Positions 1 to 9,991 of a DNA stretch of 64,000 nucleotides are shown here, in pieces. Position 1 is the stretch's first letter. Each line of letters begins with the position of its first letter. The position numbers and the translations under genes were made by a program. The stretch covers positions 9,837-73,836 of the forward strand of contig JAZPZQ010000022.1 of assembly GCA_045544765.1 (NCBI GenBank). Reading direction: 5' to 3'. The stretch is from Candidatus Nanosyncoccus sp. GTDB lineage: Bacteria; Patescibacteriota; Saccharimonadia; Saccharimonadales; Saccharimonadaceae. Below the pieces are notes generated by a model. It worked only from the letters and a program-made list of their open reading frames with translations, was not told the DNA's origin and did no database searches.

Positions 1-944
1 TTAGCTTGAGCATTAACTAAATGTACTTTGCTAGAACCCGCCAAAAACTCATATAATTCCGTATAATTCTTCTCAAAATCCCGCCAATCAGATTTGGATA
101 CCTTCATTAACCACTTCAAGGCTGTACCTAGCGCCACGATTTCGCCCCAAGCCTGTAAGCCCGATTCAAACCTGGTATAGCGGTGCTCTTTCCCTTCTGC
201 CGATAAAGTATAGGAATCTTTCTCTACGTCATCCACCATTCCACCGCCCATAAATCCTTGCACCATCTTGTCCATCAATTCATCCCGCCACACAATCACA
301 CCAAGAGATGGCGCGTATAGTTTATGCGCCGAGAAACAAATCGCATCCGGCTCCACGCCTTGTAAAATCTCACTGGAGTGTGCCATTGCCTGTGCCGCAT
401 CAATTATCACGATCCCACCCGCTTTATGCACAGTCTTAACCAGTTCTTTAATATTACCGAGTTTCCGCCCGTCAAAATTTGAGGCGCAGTTAACTACTAC
501 CACCGCACGCGTAAAATTATAATCAGCTAAATCAATCGAGCCGTCCGCCTCGCGTTTCACCACCTCGCGCGACAAACCCGTCCGCTCACTAAACGCCATC
601 GTGGCGAGAAACGGTGAATTATGCTCAATCTCGCTAGTCATCACCTTATCAAAACATTCGGGTTTAAGCTGGGATAAAATCAGATTGATACCGTATGTTG
701 TATTGAGCGTAAAAGAAACAGTATATTTTTTCGCCTTCAGACCCAAATATTTCAAAACCAGCTCACGCGTTTCTTCGACCTTTTCATCCGTCTCTACTCC
801 CCATTTATACTTCACCCGCTCCCCGCACGAATTATGCTCAGTATAATATTGATTTAGCGCGTCAATCACGCATCGCGGTCTTAAACTCTGGCAAGCCGCA
901 TCGAGGTATACTTCCCCTTCACCTAAATAATCAAACTCTTTCAT
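1..944 (-). CDS. Aminotransferase class V / SufS-like cysteine desulfurase (3' end runs off the window)
   Basis: Missing from the ORF track. My translation from ATG 944 gives MKEFDYLGEGEVYLDAACQSLRP...TLNTTYGINL...EIEHNS...GFMGGGMV...RFESGLQAWG, matching SufS/Csd motifs. Confidence 0.8.
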   Translation of the reverse strand, partial: MKEFDYLGEGEVYLDAACQSLRPRCVIDALNQYYTEHNSCGERVKYKWGVETDEKVEETRELVLKYLGLKAKKYTVSFTLNTTYGINLILSQLKPECFDKVMTSEIEHNSPFLATMAFSERTGLSREVVKREADGSIDLADYNFTRAVVVVNCASNFDGRKLGNIKELVKTVHKAGGIVIIDAAQAMAHSSEILQGVEPDAICFSAHKLYAPSLGVIVWRDELMDKMVQGFMGGGMVDDVEKDSYTLSAEGKEHRYTRFESGLQAWGEIVALGTALKWLMKVSKSDWRDFEKNYTELYEFLAGSSKVHLVNAQA

Positions 945-960
945 ATATATTATTATACAA

Positions 961-990
961 CAAAAACCACCCTCCGAAAGGGTGGAATTT
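961..990 (-). terminator. Intrinsic terminator after rplL
   Basis: CCACCCT/AGGGTGG hairpin (967-985) followed by a T-run on the minus strand. Confidence 0.75.
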
Positions 991-1021
991 GCCACAACTA
1001 ACTAACCTATCTAAAAAGTTT

Positions 1022-1405
1022 TTACGCTAATTCGACAGTAGCACCAGCTTCCTCAAGTGCCTTCTTCATCGCCTCAGCATCAGCCTTAGCAACCTTCTCC
1101 TTCACAGTAGCAGGAGCGCCATCTACGATAGCCTTAGCCTCACCAAGACCAAGACCAGTAGCTTCCTTGACAGCCTTAATAACTGCAATCTTCTGTGCGC
1201 CAGCGTCTTTCAAGACAACGTCGTATTCAGACTTTTCGTCTGCAGCGGCGGCACCGGCGTCAGCGGCTGGACCAGCAGCAACTGCCACGGCAGCAGCAGC
1301 TGGCTCAATGCCATACTCGTCCTTCAGGACGTTCTTTAGTTCATTTACTTCGAGAACGGTCAACTTGGCCAATTCCTCAGCTAACTTCTTAATATCTGTA
1401 GCCAT
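1022..1405 (-). CDS. rplL: 50S ribosomal protein L7/L12
   Basis: [10 protein letters not shown]...[10 protein letters not shown] hinge...[20 protein letters not shown]. Start moved to MATDIK (ATG 1405) behind an AAGGAG SD. Confidence 0.98.
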   Translation of the reverse strand: MATDIKKLAEELAKLTVLEVNELKNVLKDEYGIEPAAAAVAVAAGPAADAGAAAADEKSEYDVVLKDAGAQKIAVIKAVKEATGLGLGEAKAIVDGAPATVKEKVAKADAEAMKKALEEAGATVELA

Positions 1406-1476
1406 AATTTTCTCCTTTGAAGTGGGGTAAAAACTCCCCATCATCTTACTTGGTTAATAATTAAATGTTGCTGATT

Positions 1477-1998
1477 TTAGGCAGCGTGGGCTTCCAGCCC
1501 AGACACGATACCAGATAAACCACCGGCGAGACCGGAAATCGAATCGGTAACCGGTGACAACAATTGCGCCACCACCTGAGCGATAAGCTCGTTTTTGCTT
1601 GGCATCGCCGCGAGCGCCTTCACGTCATCCTCGGAAAGAGCATTTCCAAGATCGTTGAAGCCACCAGCGAGACTCAGCGCATCGTGAGTCTTGGCAAAAT
1701 TAGCCAAGACTTTAGCTGGAGCCACTTCGTCGTTATCAGATACTGCATACAGTAATTGACCAGTCAGACCGGTCGTATCGGTATCTTTATAAACGGCGAT
1801 TTGCCCCATTGCTACGCGTACTAAGCGGTTCTTGACCACCTTAATTTTTACGCCAGCTTCACGGGCAGCTTTGCGTAGCTCTTGTAATTCAGCCACGGTC
1901 AGCCCCTGATACTTCGCGTAAACCGTAGTCTTTGCGCTAGAAAGTAGCTCTGTCAAATCAGCAACCAAAGTATTCTTTTTATCCTTCGAAATTGCCAT
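1477..1998 (-). CDS. rplJ: 50S ribosomal protein L10
   Basis: YQGLTVAELQELRK, VVKNRL and LAAMPSKNELIAQ motifs; directly upstream of rplL. Confidence 0.97.
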   Translation of the reverse strand: MAISKDKKNTLVADLTELLSSAKTTVYAKYQGLTVAELQELRKAAREAGVKIKVVKNRLVRVAMGQIAVYKDTDTTGLTGQLLYAVSDNDEVAPAKVLANFAKTHDALSLAGGFNDLGNALSEDDVKALAAMPSKNELIAQVVAQLLSPVTDSISGLAGGLSGIVSGLEAHAA

Positions 1999-1999
1999 T

Positions 2000-2132
2000 C
2001 TAAGTTCCTTTGGTTATTTTAATAATAGCAGGCTAGTTAGTTGTTAACAATGCGTCACCAAATAAAATTATAAGAAATTTCCTCGGCGACATAATTAAGA
2101 GTAAAACTCCGTCGCTGTCTTTGGTAACTACC
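2000..2132 (-). promoter_or_regulatory. L10 leader (r-protein autoregulatory RNA)
   Basis: Minus strand AAAGACAGCGACGG...TTAAT...TGTCGCCGAGG resembles the L10_leader pattern; extended -10 TGATATAAT just upstream (~2136-2144). Boundaries approximate. Confidence 0.7.
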
Positions 2133-2168
2133 CTAATTATATCACGGAACTGCTATATTTGCAACAGA

Positions 2169-2753
2169 TTATTCTATGTGCTTGGTAGTAGCAAACTGAA
2201 AAATCCCGCCAAGTGCCGCAAAGATGATTAGCATCGGAAAATACAATATATTGAAATCCAGCACTGGGAAGATATTTAATAGCGCAACGGTCAAAGCATA
2301 GCTACCAGCAAGTGATGTCGCGATAATAATCGCCGGCTTCATCATTCTGGTGGCAAACGCCCCAGCAAAAACACCAATGATGGCACCTATTGCGAGAGTT
2401 AGAACATCCGTGCCGAAATACTGCACTACAATCATCATCACTAGGAAGAAACAAATCCCTGCCACGCAAAGTTTTTCGATCGAAAAACCAAACAAAGCCA
2501 GTAATAATCCACCTGCAATCGGCAACAAAATCTGGAAAAGTTGCGTACCAATTACCTCCGGCGAGATGCTCGTAATCCACGGCAACAAAAACATCATAAT
2601 ATTGTAACCGATCAAAAACCAAACGATGAAGAAGGCAATCTTTTTAATGCGATAGCCAAACAGCATCACCACTAGCCCGAGAACAGCCATTATTGTGAGT
2701 CCCACAGGACCCATCACCTCAAATTTTGCTTTAATTTGTTGTGAGTATTCCAT
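2169..2753 (-). CDS. Multi-pass membrane protein (DUF4203/TMEM198-like)
   Basis: About six hydrophobic helices; LFGYRIKK and G-rich helix motifs. Confidence 0.6.
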   Translation of the reverse strand: MEYSQQIKAKFEVMGPVGLTIMAVLGLVVMLFGYRIKKIAFFIVWFLIGYNIMMFLLPWITSISPEVIGTQLFQILLPIAGGLLLALFGFSIEKLCVAGICFFLVMMIVVQYFGTDVLTLAIGAIIGVFAGAFATRMMKPAIIIATSLAGSYALTVALLNIFPVLDFNILYFPMLIIFAALGGIFQFATTKHIE

Positions 2754-2832
2754 AATAAGCTTATTGTACTAAACAAAAACCATACTTGCAAGACCCAAGG
2801 GTGACAATTATAAAGACAAATAACTAGAAAGA

Positions 2833-3828
2833 TTAATTGTAAAGATTTTCAATCTGAATCGAAGGACCCATCGTAGTGGTAATAAACACCGACTTTACAT
2901 AGGAACCCTTAAGTGAAGCCGGTTTCTGAGCCTTCAACGAGTCAAAGAACGCATTGGCATTCTCGAGCAACTTATCGGCACCAAAGGAAACTTTCCCTAC
3001 GCCAATATGCACAATGGCCTGCTTGTCGACACGGTATTCAACCTTACCAGCCTTGGCTTCCTTCACCGCTTTTTCGACATCCATCGTCACGGTACCAGCC
3101 TTTGGATTTGGCATCAAACCTTTCGGACCAAGTAAGCGTGCGAATTTACCAAGCTTTGGCATATATTGCGGAGTAGAAATAAGAACATCGAAATCAATCA
3201 CGCCTTTATCAAGTTTCTTCAAAAATTCTTCATCCTCAGCGATATCGGCCCCGGCTGCTGTAGCAGTCTTACAAACATCAAGCGGAGCGAATACGGCTAC
3301 ACGCACAGTCTTACCGTTCCCATTCGGCAATACCAAAGTAGTGCGAATGTTCTGATCGGCTTGTCTAGGATCAACTCCGAGTCGCGCGTGCACCTCTACC
3401 GAAGCGTCAAATTTGGCTGGATTAGCCTTGAGTGCTAATTCAATCGCGTCTTTTAAGCTGTAAACCTTGCCTTTCTCAACTAGCTTAGCAGCTTCTTGAT
3501 ATTTTTTGCCACGACGCTCAATCTTGGGGCGCGTCACAGGCTTGGCGCCTTTTGGCTTCACCATTCCCTCTTCGGCTTTGCGCTCTTCCTTGCGAGCTTG
3601 ACGCTCCTCTTCGGCCTTTACTTCTTCAATATGCTTCTTGGACTTCTTGCCAGATTTCGCAAAAGTCTCCTTAGTATCCTCAACTTTTTCTTCAAGTTGT
3701 TCCTTGGCTTCTTCGACTTTTTCTCCAATTTTCTCTTTAGCTTCGGCTAATTTTTCTTTAACCTCGTCAACTTTCTCAGCGACTTCGGCTTTGATTTCTT
3801 CTAGTTTTTCGGCCTTCTCTTCTGCCAT
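2833..3828 (-). CDS. rplA: 50S ribosomal protein L1 with ~100-aa N-terminal extension
   Basis: KFDASVEVHARLGVDP, LGPKGLMPNPKAGTV and TTMGPS motifs; follows rplK. Confidence 0.97.
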   Translation of the reverse strand: MAEEKAEKLEEIKAEVAEKVDEVKEKLAEAKEKIGEKVEEAKEQLEEKVEDTKETFAKSGKKSKKHIEEVKAEEERQARKEERKAEEGMVKPKGAKPVTRPKIERRGKKYQEAAKLVEKGKVYSLKDAIELALKANPAKFDASVEVHARLGVDPRQADQNIRTTLVLPNGNGKTVRVAVFAPLDVCKTATAAGADIAEDEEFLKKLDKGVIDFDVLISTPQYMPKLGKFARLLGPKGLMPNPKAGTVTMDVEKAVKEAKAGKVEYRVDKQAIVHIGVGKVSFGADKLLENANAFFDSLKAQKPASLKGSYVKSVFITTTMGPSIQIENLYN

Positions 3829-3880
3829 AATTATCCTTTCTGTGGTGCTAGCGGCCTCAAGCCTCCCACAATTATAAATT

Positions 3881-4309
3881 TTATTCTTCTACGGTAACAC
3901 CCATCGAACGAGCGGTGCCGGCGACAATCTTAATCGCACCTTCAATATCAACCGCGTTGAGCTGATCCATCTTTTTCTCGGCAATCTCTTTGAGCTGGGC
4001 CTTAGTAATCTTACCAACCTTATCCACATTTGGCTTACCAGAACCCTTCTCAATCTTAATCGCTTCGCGAATCAAATCATCCACTGGCTGACCAAGTGAT
4101 TTCCAGTCAAAAGTACGGTCTTCAAACACACGAATATGGACAATTACATTCTTGCCCATCAAATCTTTGGTAGCCTCATTAAATGGATTGATGAAATCCA
4201 TCATATTGAGACCCCACTGACCGAGCGTCGAACCTACCGGAGGTCCCGCTGTCGCGCGTCCCGCTGGAATACGTAACTTCAAGTTACCGATAACTTTCTT
4301 TTCTGCCAT
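3881..4309 (-). CDS. rplK: 50S ribosomal protein L11
   Basis: AGRATAGPPVGSTLGQ and GTARSMGV motifs. Confidence 0.98.
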   Translation of the reverse strand: MAEKKVIGNLKLRIPAGRATAGPPVGSTLGQWGLNMMDFINPFNEATKDLMGKNVIVHIRVFEDRTFDWKSLGQPVDDLIREAIKIEKGSGKPNVDKVGKITKAQLKEIAEKKMDQLNAVDIEGAIKIVAGTARSMGVTVEE

Positions 4310-4344
4310 AAAAAACCTTTCTAGTGCGTAACTATTATATTATA

Positions 4345-4890
4345 TCACAATTGCTTAACTTGTAAAGCATCAAGCTCGACCGGTGTTTCACGTCCAAACA
4401 TCGAAACCATCACCTTGAGCTTGCCCTTTGCCGCATCAATCTCGGAAATCGAACCATCAAAGCCCTTAAACGGCCCATCCGTAATTGAAACCACTTCACC
4501 TACTTCATACTTCACTGAGAATTTTGGATCTTCCACTCCCATCCGCTTCTTAATCTTAGCAATTTCCTTAGCGGAAACTGGAGTTGGCTGAGTGCCGGTA
4601 CCAATAAAGCCAGTTACGCCTGGAGTGTTACGAATAATATACCAAGTCTCATCCGAAAGCTTCATATCCACCAACACATAGCCTTGTAAAATCTTTCTAT
4701 CTACAATCTTGCGCTTACCGTTCTTAATTTCAATTTGCTTTTCTTTCGGCACGATCGCCTCAAAAATCTTATCCGCCATCTCCACTGTATTTACACGTTG
4801 GTTGATGGAATCGGCCACTTTATCTTCATAACCTGAGTAGGTCGAAATCGCATACCACGCCCGAGTGTCATCATATCTATTTACTGCCAT
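4345..4890 (-). CDS. nusG: Transcription termination/antitermination factor NusG
   Basis: WYAISTYSGYE, IRNTPGVTGF, KOW GPFKGF, FGRETPVEL. Confidence 0.98.
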   Translation of the reverse strand: MAVNRYDDTRAWYAISTYSGYEDKVADSINQRVNTVEMADKIFEAIVPKEKQIEIKNGKRKIVDRKILQGYVLVDMKLSDETWYIIRNTPGVTGFIGTGTQPTPVSAKEIAKIKKRMGVEDPKFSVKYEVGEVVSITDGPFKGFDGSISEIDAAKGKLKVMVSMFGRETPVELDALQVKQL

Positions 4891-4904
4891 TTATAACCCT
4901 TTCT

Positions 4905-5285
4905 TTATTTACTTAATATTAAACTAAACAGCCAGGTAAAGAACAAATCGAGCAATGAAATAATAATTACAAATAAAGCTGTATAAATAATCACTGCTAG
5001 TACCATTTTCCAAGTTGCTTTGCGATTCGGCCAACGAACTTGTCGTAACTCGCGCCACGAATCGCGCAAATATCTACCCAAATATACGAAAGGACGAATC
5101 AAAATAAATGGTTTCTTTTCATTTTTCTCGCCTACTAGCTTTTCCGCTTTTTTGGTTTCTTTTCGCGCTTTCTTTTCTTGCTTTTTGTCTTTGACGACAA
5201 CTTTCTTGCGAGTAATTGCCGGCTCGTCCTGCTCTGTTTTCTTGGCGGGACCGTCGCTTGCTTTAATTCTAGTGATTTTAGCCAT
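4905..5285 (-). CDS. secE: Preprotein translocase SecE with charged N-terminal extension
   Basis: WRELRQVRWP motif plus one C-terminal TM; upstream of nusG. Confidence 0.93.
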   Translation of the reverse strand: MAKITRIKASDGPAKKTEQDEPAITRKKVVVKDKKQEKKARKETKKAEKLVGEKNEKKPFILIRPFVYLGRYLRDSWRELRQVRWPNRKATWKMVLAVIIYTALFVIIISLLDLFFTWLFSLILSK

Positions 5286-5304
5286 CTTACTCCTTTTTAT
5301 GTAT

Positions 5305-5377
5305 CAAAAAAGTCTGATACCAGACTATGTCAACATTTTACCTTGTTGACAAAGAATTGTCATCAGGTAAAATGTTG
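5305..5377. promoter_or_regulatory. Palindromic back-to-back sigma70-like promoters plus terminator-like hairpin in the secE leader
   Basis: 47-bp imperfect palindrome at 5331-5377. Minus strand: ATGACA-17-TAAAAT. Plus strand: TTGACA-16-TAAAAT. Hairpin AGTCTG/CAGACT plus T-run at 5305-5326 (minus). Confidence 0.55.
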
Positions 5378-5452
5378 TCCACCGGGCGTGGCCTCGAAAA
5401 ATTTCAGACGAGTTTGAGATTTTTACTCGGCTCCTACGGCGAGCAAAATATA

Positions 5453-7201
5453 CTACTTCGGGAATAAAAAGTCAAGATAATCTTGCATCATCCGGGCGCC
5501 CGAAATCACCGGCAAAAAGGTAGCGAGCTGCCTACGCAAAATATATTCCAAATCAAAATCATTATCCCAAGCCAGAATCGCCTCTTCCATCCGTTGATAC
5601 AGCATATCCAGCTCCTCATCCTCGTCTAACCCGCTAACATTTAGATATGCATTCATCGAGCCATCCGCTACCCCGCCATCGTGAGTTGAAATCAGCATAT
5701 TGAGATTAGCCACGTCCTTCATCCAGGAAGTTCCGCAAGCTTCCAGCCCCACAATCGGTACATTAATCGCAACATTAGCCCCGCACGATAGCCCATAAGC
5801 TAGCTCCTCGTCATAATCGACCAGATAATGTACATGCTCGCGCAAATATTCATCGCTATCCACCAAATCAAGTAGTGCCTTCAGCTTTCCCGACATTACC
5901 GCATCACCAGCGTGTACCCGCCCCGCTAGAATATAATGCGCTCCGCGTTCTTCCAGAATATTGCGTAGCCTCACCGGATTACGAAACGGCATTTCCGGTC
6001 GTTTATAGTCTACAAACCTTCGCTTAAAGTCAAAAATAAAATCATCCTCATTAAACCGCAGGATTTTACCGTACTGATCGGGCCGGTTTTTGAGTATTTT
6101 GTTAAGAACTGCCCTGCCCTCGGACTTAAAGTCATAGATCTTGTCCGCCGTTAATTTTTCCAGGTGCTCTGTAAAATTTGGCGTCGGCAAAGTGTAACTA
6201 TCCAGCACCTCACTTGACTGATAGTACTCCAAAATCGAAGGCAGCACCCAAGTTTTCATATCAATACCATTGGTAATGGCTTTGAATTTCACTTTGTTCC
6301 CCGCGAGGTCACGATAATTGGCTACGCGCGCGTGTAGTTTAGAAACTCCCGAACGTAACTCGGCAATTTCTATCGTCACCGATGATAGTTTAATACGGCT
6401 ATCGGTAAATTTATCCGCCAGCCACTTTTTCACCGCTAATGACTTCAAATTCGGGAAAACAAATCTATCAAACTGTTCACGGCTAAATTCCGCTTCGGCT
6501 GCTTGGACCAAAGTATGGTTAGTATATAATGTATGTTTACGCGTATAGACCACCGCTTCGTAAAAATCCATCCCATTACTAGCTAGCTCGTCCAGTCTCG
6601 CAAGAGCCGCAAAGAAAGTCGCCACCTCATTTAACTGCATAATGGCGGGTTTTAGGCCTAACAATTTCAAAGCCGCATAACCACCAAAACCTAACGAAGC
6701 TTCCTGATACAGACGATGATCTGACCCACTCATTCCAGAATATAACTCACCAAAATTTGGCTCTGTAATAGAAATAATCCGCGTAGACTTGAATCTTTTT
6801 TCGATCACATCCAATTTACACAAAGTATTACAACATTTCACATTAACCGAATCAATATAATGAAAGCCGAATTTCTGATAGTCGACCGGTATATGCTCGT
6901 CAACTACCTTACCATCTACGACTCTTTGATGGACTTCAAAAGGATAAAATGGCGTAATCAGCGCAAACGGAATCCCCATATCTTCCGCCACGCGGCGCGT
7001 ATCCGCCGCTAAAATCCCGAGACCTCCCCCGCCCCGAATCCCATTCTTCTGGTCATACAATTCTATCGTCCAATAAGTATACGGTCGTTCTGGTGAAATT
7101 GCCTTTGTGAGATGACTCCGCTCCACCGCCTCATAAAAAAGCTCTACGTCCTCAATATTTTCTAGCGGATGATAAAAATACTGCCCATCTTCTTCATTCA
7201 T
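5453..7201 (-). CDS. glgP: Alpha-glucan/glycogen phosphorylase family (GT35), compact form
   Basis: GGGGLGILAAD, TNHT, FKRRFVDYKRP and PLP-lysine motif EACGTSWMK. Confidence 0.88.
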   Translation of the reverse strand: MNEEDGQYFYHPLENIEDVELFYEAVERSHLTKAISPERPYTYWTIELYDQKNGIRGGGGLGILAADTRRVAEDMGIPFALITPFYPFEVHQRVVDGKVVDEHIPVDYQKFGFHYIDSVNVKCCNTLCKLDVIEKRFKSTRIISITEPNFGELYSGMSGSDHRLYQEASLGFGGYAALKLLGLKPAIMQLNEVATFFAALARLDELASNGMDFYEAVVYTRKHTLYTNHTLVQAAEAEFSREQFDRFVFPNLKSLAVKKWLADKFTDSRIKLSSVTIEIAELRSGVSKLHARVANYRDLAGNKVKFKAITNGIDMKTWVLPSILEYYQSSEVLDSYTLPTPNFTEHLEKLTADKIYDFKSEGRAVLNKILKNRPDQYGKILRFNEDDFIFDFKRRFVDYKRPEMPFRNPVRLRNILEERGAHYILAGRVHAGDAVMSGKLKALLDLVDSDEYLREHVHYLVDYDEELAYGLSCGANVAINVPIVGLEACGTSWMKDVANLNMLISTHDGGVADGSMNAYLNVSGLDEDEELDMLYQRMEEAILAWDNDFDLEYILRRQLATFLPVISGARMMQDYLDFLFPK

Positions 7202-7225
7202 GCTTATGATTATAACACAAGTTTT

Positions 7226-8188
7226 CTAATACCAAAATTTTTTGGGCAACTTATCAGCAATCCTCTTATGAAAATCCCAATCAAAGTCTTCCAGGCGCTT
7301 TGGGTTCTTGGTCTTAAAATAATTCTTCCGAATATAATTCGCGCTCATCGTTTCACCCGGAATCAAACGATATTTTTTCCAAAAGTTTAGCCCTCGTTTA
7401 TAACCCTCAGGTGGATAAACTGCCATCGGCAAAAAGTCGCAGTTCATTTCCGGGTCAGAGTATAGTTTTAATGCCAGCATCGACATCGTCGGAATTATAT
7501 CTTCCTCTTTCCTGTAGACGTCCTCATTCTTAAACACCGTAGCTTGCCGCGTAGCTGATGGCGCCACGAACACCACTCCACCATCCTTCAAGCCATCGTG
7601 CGAAATACGAGTATACAGGTCGCGGAACTCGCGTTTTAACCTCGAACCCTGTTCATATAAGAAAGTACCTTCTTTTAGATTCATCTTTTTCCAAGTCGCA
7701 GGCGTAATCGTGGGGGTAATTATAATACCAAGCCTTTTAATACGGTCATAATTTGGCGCCAGTGCTTCATACCACGGCAAATTCACCGGAAAATACATTG
7801 GTTTGTCGCCCATAATATCAATCTTCATAGTCAGAATTCGTGCAATTTCACCAAGCGAAGGATGGTTGAAACCGATTACTAGACCATTTTTGCTATCTTT
7901 TGGCATCCCAGCATAAGATCCCGGAGTAAGTTTTGACAGTTTTTTGACTAATTTCTTACGCGCGGCTTGGTTATGTTTTTCTGGATCATTTTTAGGACCC
8001 GTGGTCTTAAAAAAATAGTTTATAGCAGCATTACAAATCTTGCCTACCGGCACCATTTCCTTACGTAAATCCTCCGCGCCGAGCGTCGTGAGCAAAGAAT
8101 AATTCTCGTGCTGAATTTTATCAATAATTTTCTCTGCGGGAAGTTCTTTTAGTTCTTTTTTGCTAAAAATCTTTTTCTGTCTCGCCAT
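7226..8188 (-). CDS. Putative divergent PlsC/LPLAT-like acyltransferase
   Basis: FNHPSLGE (HX4D-like block I) and VAPSATR (FPEGTR-like block III). Start set at MARQKK (ATG 8188), 7 nt after TATAAT. Confidence 0.45.
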   Translation of the reverse strand: MARQKKIFSKKELKELPAEKIIDKIQHENYSLLTTLGAEDLRKEMVPVGKICNAAINYFFKTTGPKNDPEKHNQAARKKLVKKLSKLTPGSYAGMPKDSKNGLVIGFNHPSLGEIARILTMKIDIMGDKPMYFPVNLPWYEALAPNYDRIKRLGIIITPTITPATWKKMNLKEGTFLYEQGSRLKREFRDLYTRISHDGLKDGGVVFVAPSATRQATVFKNEDVYRKEEDIIPTMSMLALKLYSDPEMNCDFLPMAVYPPEGYKRGLNFWKKYRLIPGETMSANYIRKNYFKTKNPKRLEDFDWDFHKRIADKLPKKFWY

Positions 8189-8391
8189 ACCGTATATTAT
8201 ACATGAAAAAAACCCAAATTGTAAATAATGACTCAACATCTGTACAGCGAACTTTTACTTGACAAATCCAGTCAAATAATATGTAAGCAGAAGTTAAATG
8301 TTAACCGTCTATAACGACGAAATCGCCAGTGAAAACGACACAGAATTATTATCAAAGGCTTTTCAATCTGATATAATTAAAGGAGTAAAAA

Positions 8392-9180
8392 ATGGGAAAA
8401 ATAAACGATATAGACATAACTAAATGGCAAGAGAGCGATGTCTGGACAGACAGCCTCTGGCTTATTGATGAAAGAGATAAAAGCGGAAAGCACGACGGCT
8501 TCTATCACGGTAATTTCGTTCCGCAGGTCCCAAGACAACTTATAAAGAAATACACAAAGAAAGGTGATGTTGTCCTAGACCTATTTTTAGGTAGTGGCAC
8601 CACGGCCTTCGAGGCAGAAACATTAAAAAGAAATTTCATCGGTGTAGATATCGTCCCAGAAATGGTAACATATACCAAAGAGAAACTTGACGACCATAAA
8701 GATTGTTTTTATGAGGTAATTGAAGGTGATAGTTCGAGCAAAGATACAAAAGAAAAAGTCCAAGCATTAATAGAAGCCTATAATAAAAGCACTGCGCAAT
8801 TAGTTATACTTCACCCACCTTATGCAAATATCATAAAGTTTAGCAACAATAAAAATGACTTGTCGAACGCAACTTGCCTAAGCGATTTTATAAAAATGTT
8901 TTCAAAAGTTCTCAAAAATGCCTCCGAATTATTGGAAAATAGTCGTTATTTAGCAATAGTTATCGGCGATATGTACAAAAACAGCGAGTGGGTGCCGCTA
9001 GGTTTTTATTGTATGAACGCCGCCCAAAAACAAGGTTTCAAATTAAAAAGTATTGTCGTCAAAAATATGTCTGGCAATAGAGGTAAACGAAATCAGGAAG
9101 GCATATGGAAATATCGCTCGCTAGCAAACGATTATTATGTTTTCAAACATGAATATGTTTTTATTTTTAAGAAAGGGTGA
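8392..9180 (+). CDS. Site-specific amino-DNA methyltransferase (N4C/N6A class)
   Basis: Motif I LDLFLGSGTT, then motif IV variant HPPY. Confidence 0.85.
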   Translation: MGKINDIDITKWQESDVWTDSLWLIDERDKSGKHDGFYHGNFVPQVPRQLIKKYTKKGDVVLDLFLGSGTTAFEAETLKRNFIGVDIVPEMVTYTKEKLDDHKDCFYEVIEGDSSSKDTKEKVQALIEAYNKSTAQLVILHPPYANIIKFSNNKNDLSNATCLSDFIKMFSKVLKNASELLENSRYLAIVIGDMYKNSEWVPLGFYCMNAAQKQGFKLKSIVVKNMSGNRGKRNQEGIWKYRSLANDYYVFKHEYVFIFKKG

Positions 9181-9892
9181 GTTTATTCTTCTTCAATAGT
9201 TCGGCAACACCAGCCATATTAAAACGGAACTTGAAATTATCTCGGTTGTTGTGAACCTGAAATTCGCCAATCGTCACACCGTCATATTTTACAGTAGTGC
9301 TCTCATTCCACTCTGCCACAGTGCTTTTAGTAAATGAAACTTTACTTTTACTCCAGACTGGGCTACTTGATTTTTCGAATACGACAAATTGAGGATTATT
9401 GGTTGGGTTATCGCCTCTATCTACGACATTATAAAAGTGAACCAAATAATCACAATCAAACATATTCTCCCAGTATAAAGCAAGTAATTCATCAATTCTG
9501 GTCAAAGCGATCTGCTTAAATAAGCGTGCTTTCTCCGCATAAGTCGAAGGAACGGTTTCTATTGATAATGCTTTAGCAAGATGACTATACCAAGTGCTAG
9601 ATGAAGCCTGGCCAATTTTCTGTGGGGCAGCCTTTCCTAGTGCTTGCTTGTTTGTTTTTACCGATAAGGTTTTGCCACCAGAAAGATTAAAATCAACTGC
9701 GTTCTGGCCTTCAGCGATATGCTTGATTGGACTTGGGATATTATAGGAGGCAAAAATACCACCGACAATTGGCTTAATTGATTGGGTTATACTGCTAACG
9801 CCTCTTGAACGATAAGTCGGATTAATACTAACACCAAAGACATCCGCAATTGCAATTTCTGCCGAGACGCCAACTTGCTCATTATTTAACAT
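9167..9892 (-). CDS. Putative type II restriction endonuclease
   Basis: Lies between two MTases; PD-(D/E)xK-like VDF...LSVKTN and GKAAPQKIGQ; SD GAGGAAGG. Confidence 0.6.
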   Translation of the reverse strand: MLNNEQVGVSAEIAIADVFGVSINPTYRSRGVSSITQSIKPIVGGIFASYNIPSPIKHIAEGQNAVDFNLSGGKTLSVKTNKQALGKAAPQKIGQASSSTWYSHLAKALSIETVPSTYAEKARLFKQIALTRIDELLALYWENMFDCDYLVHFYNVVDRGDNPTNNPQFVVFEKSSSPVWSKSKVSFTKSTVAEWNESTTVKYDGVTIGEFQVHNNRDNFKFRFNMAGVAELLKKNKLTLS

Positions 9893-9991
9893 TGAAATTG
9901 TCCTTCCTCATTAAGTACCACTTATTTTAACATATTTTTGAAAAAAGTAAATATAAGCCCAAGTACATGTAATCTGTGGTAGAATATAGAT

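Noticed and set aside
2913-3877. Long alternative-frame ORFs opposite rplA, and similar shadows over rplL, prfA, nrdD, Cthe_2159 and htrA
   Set aside because: Antisense shadows of strongly biased coding sequence; no motifs, SD or promoter support.
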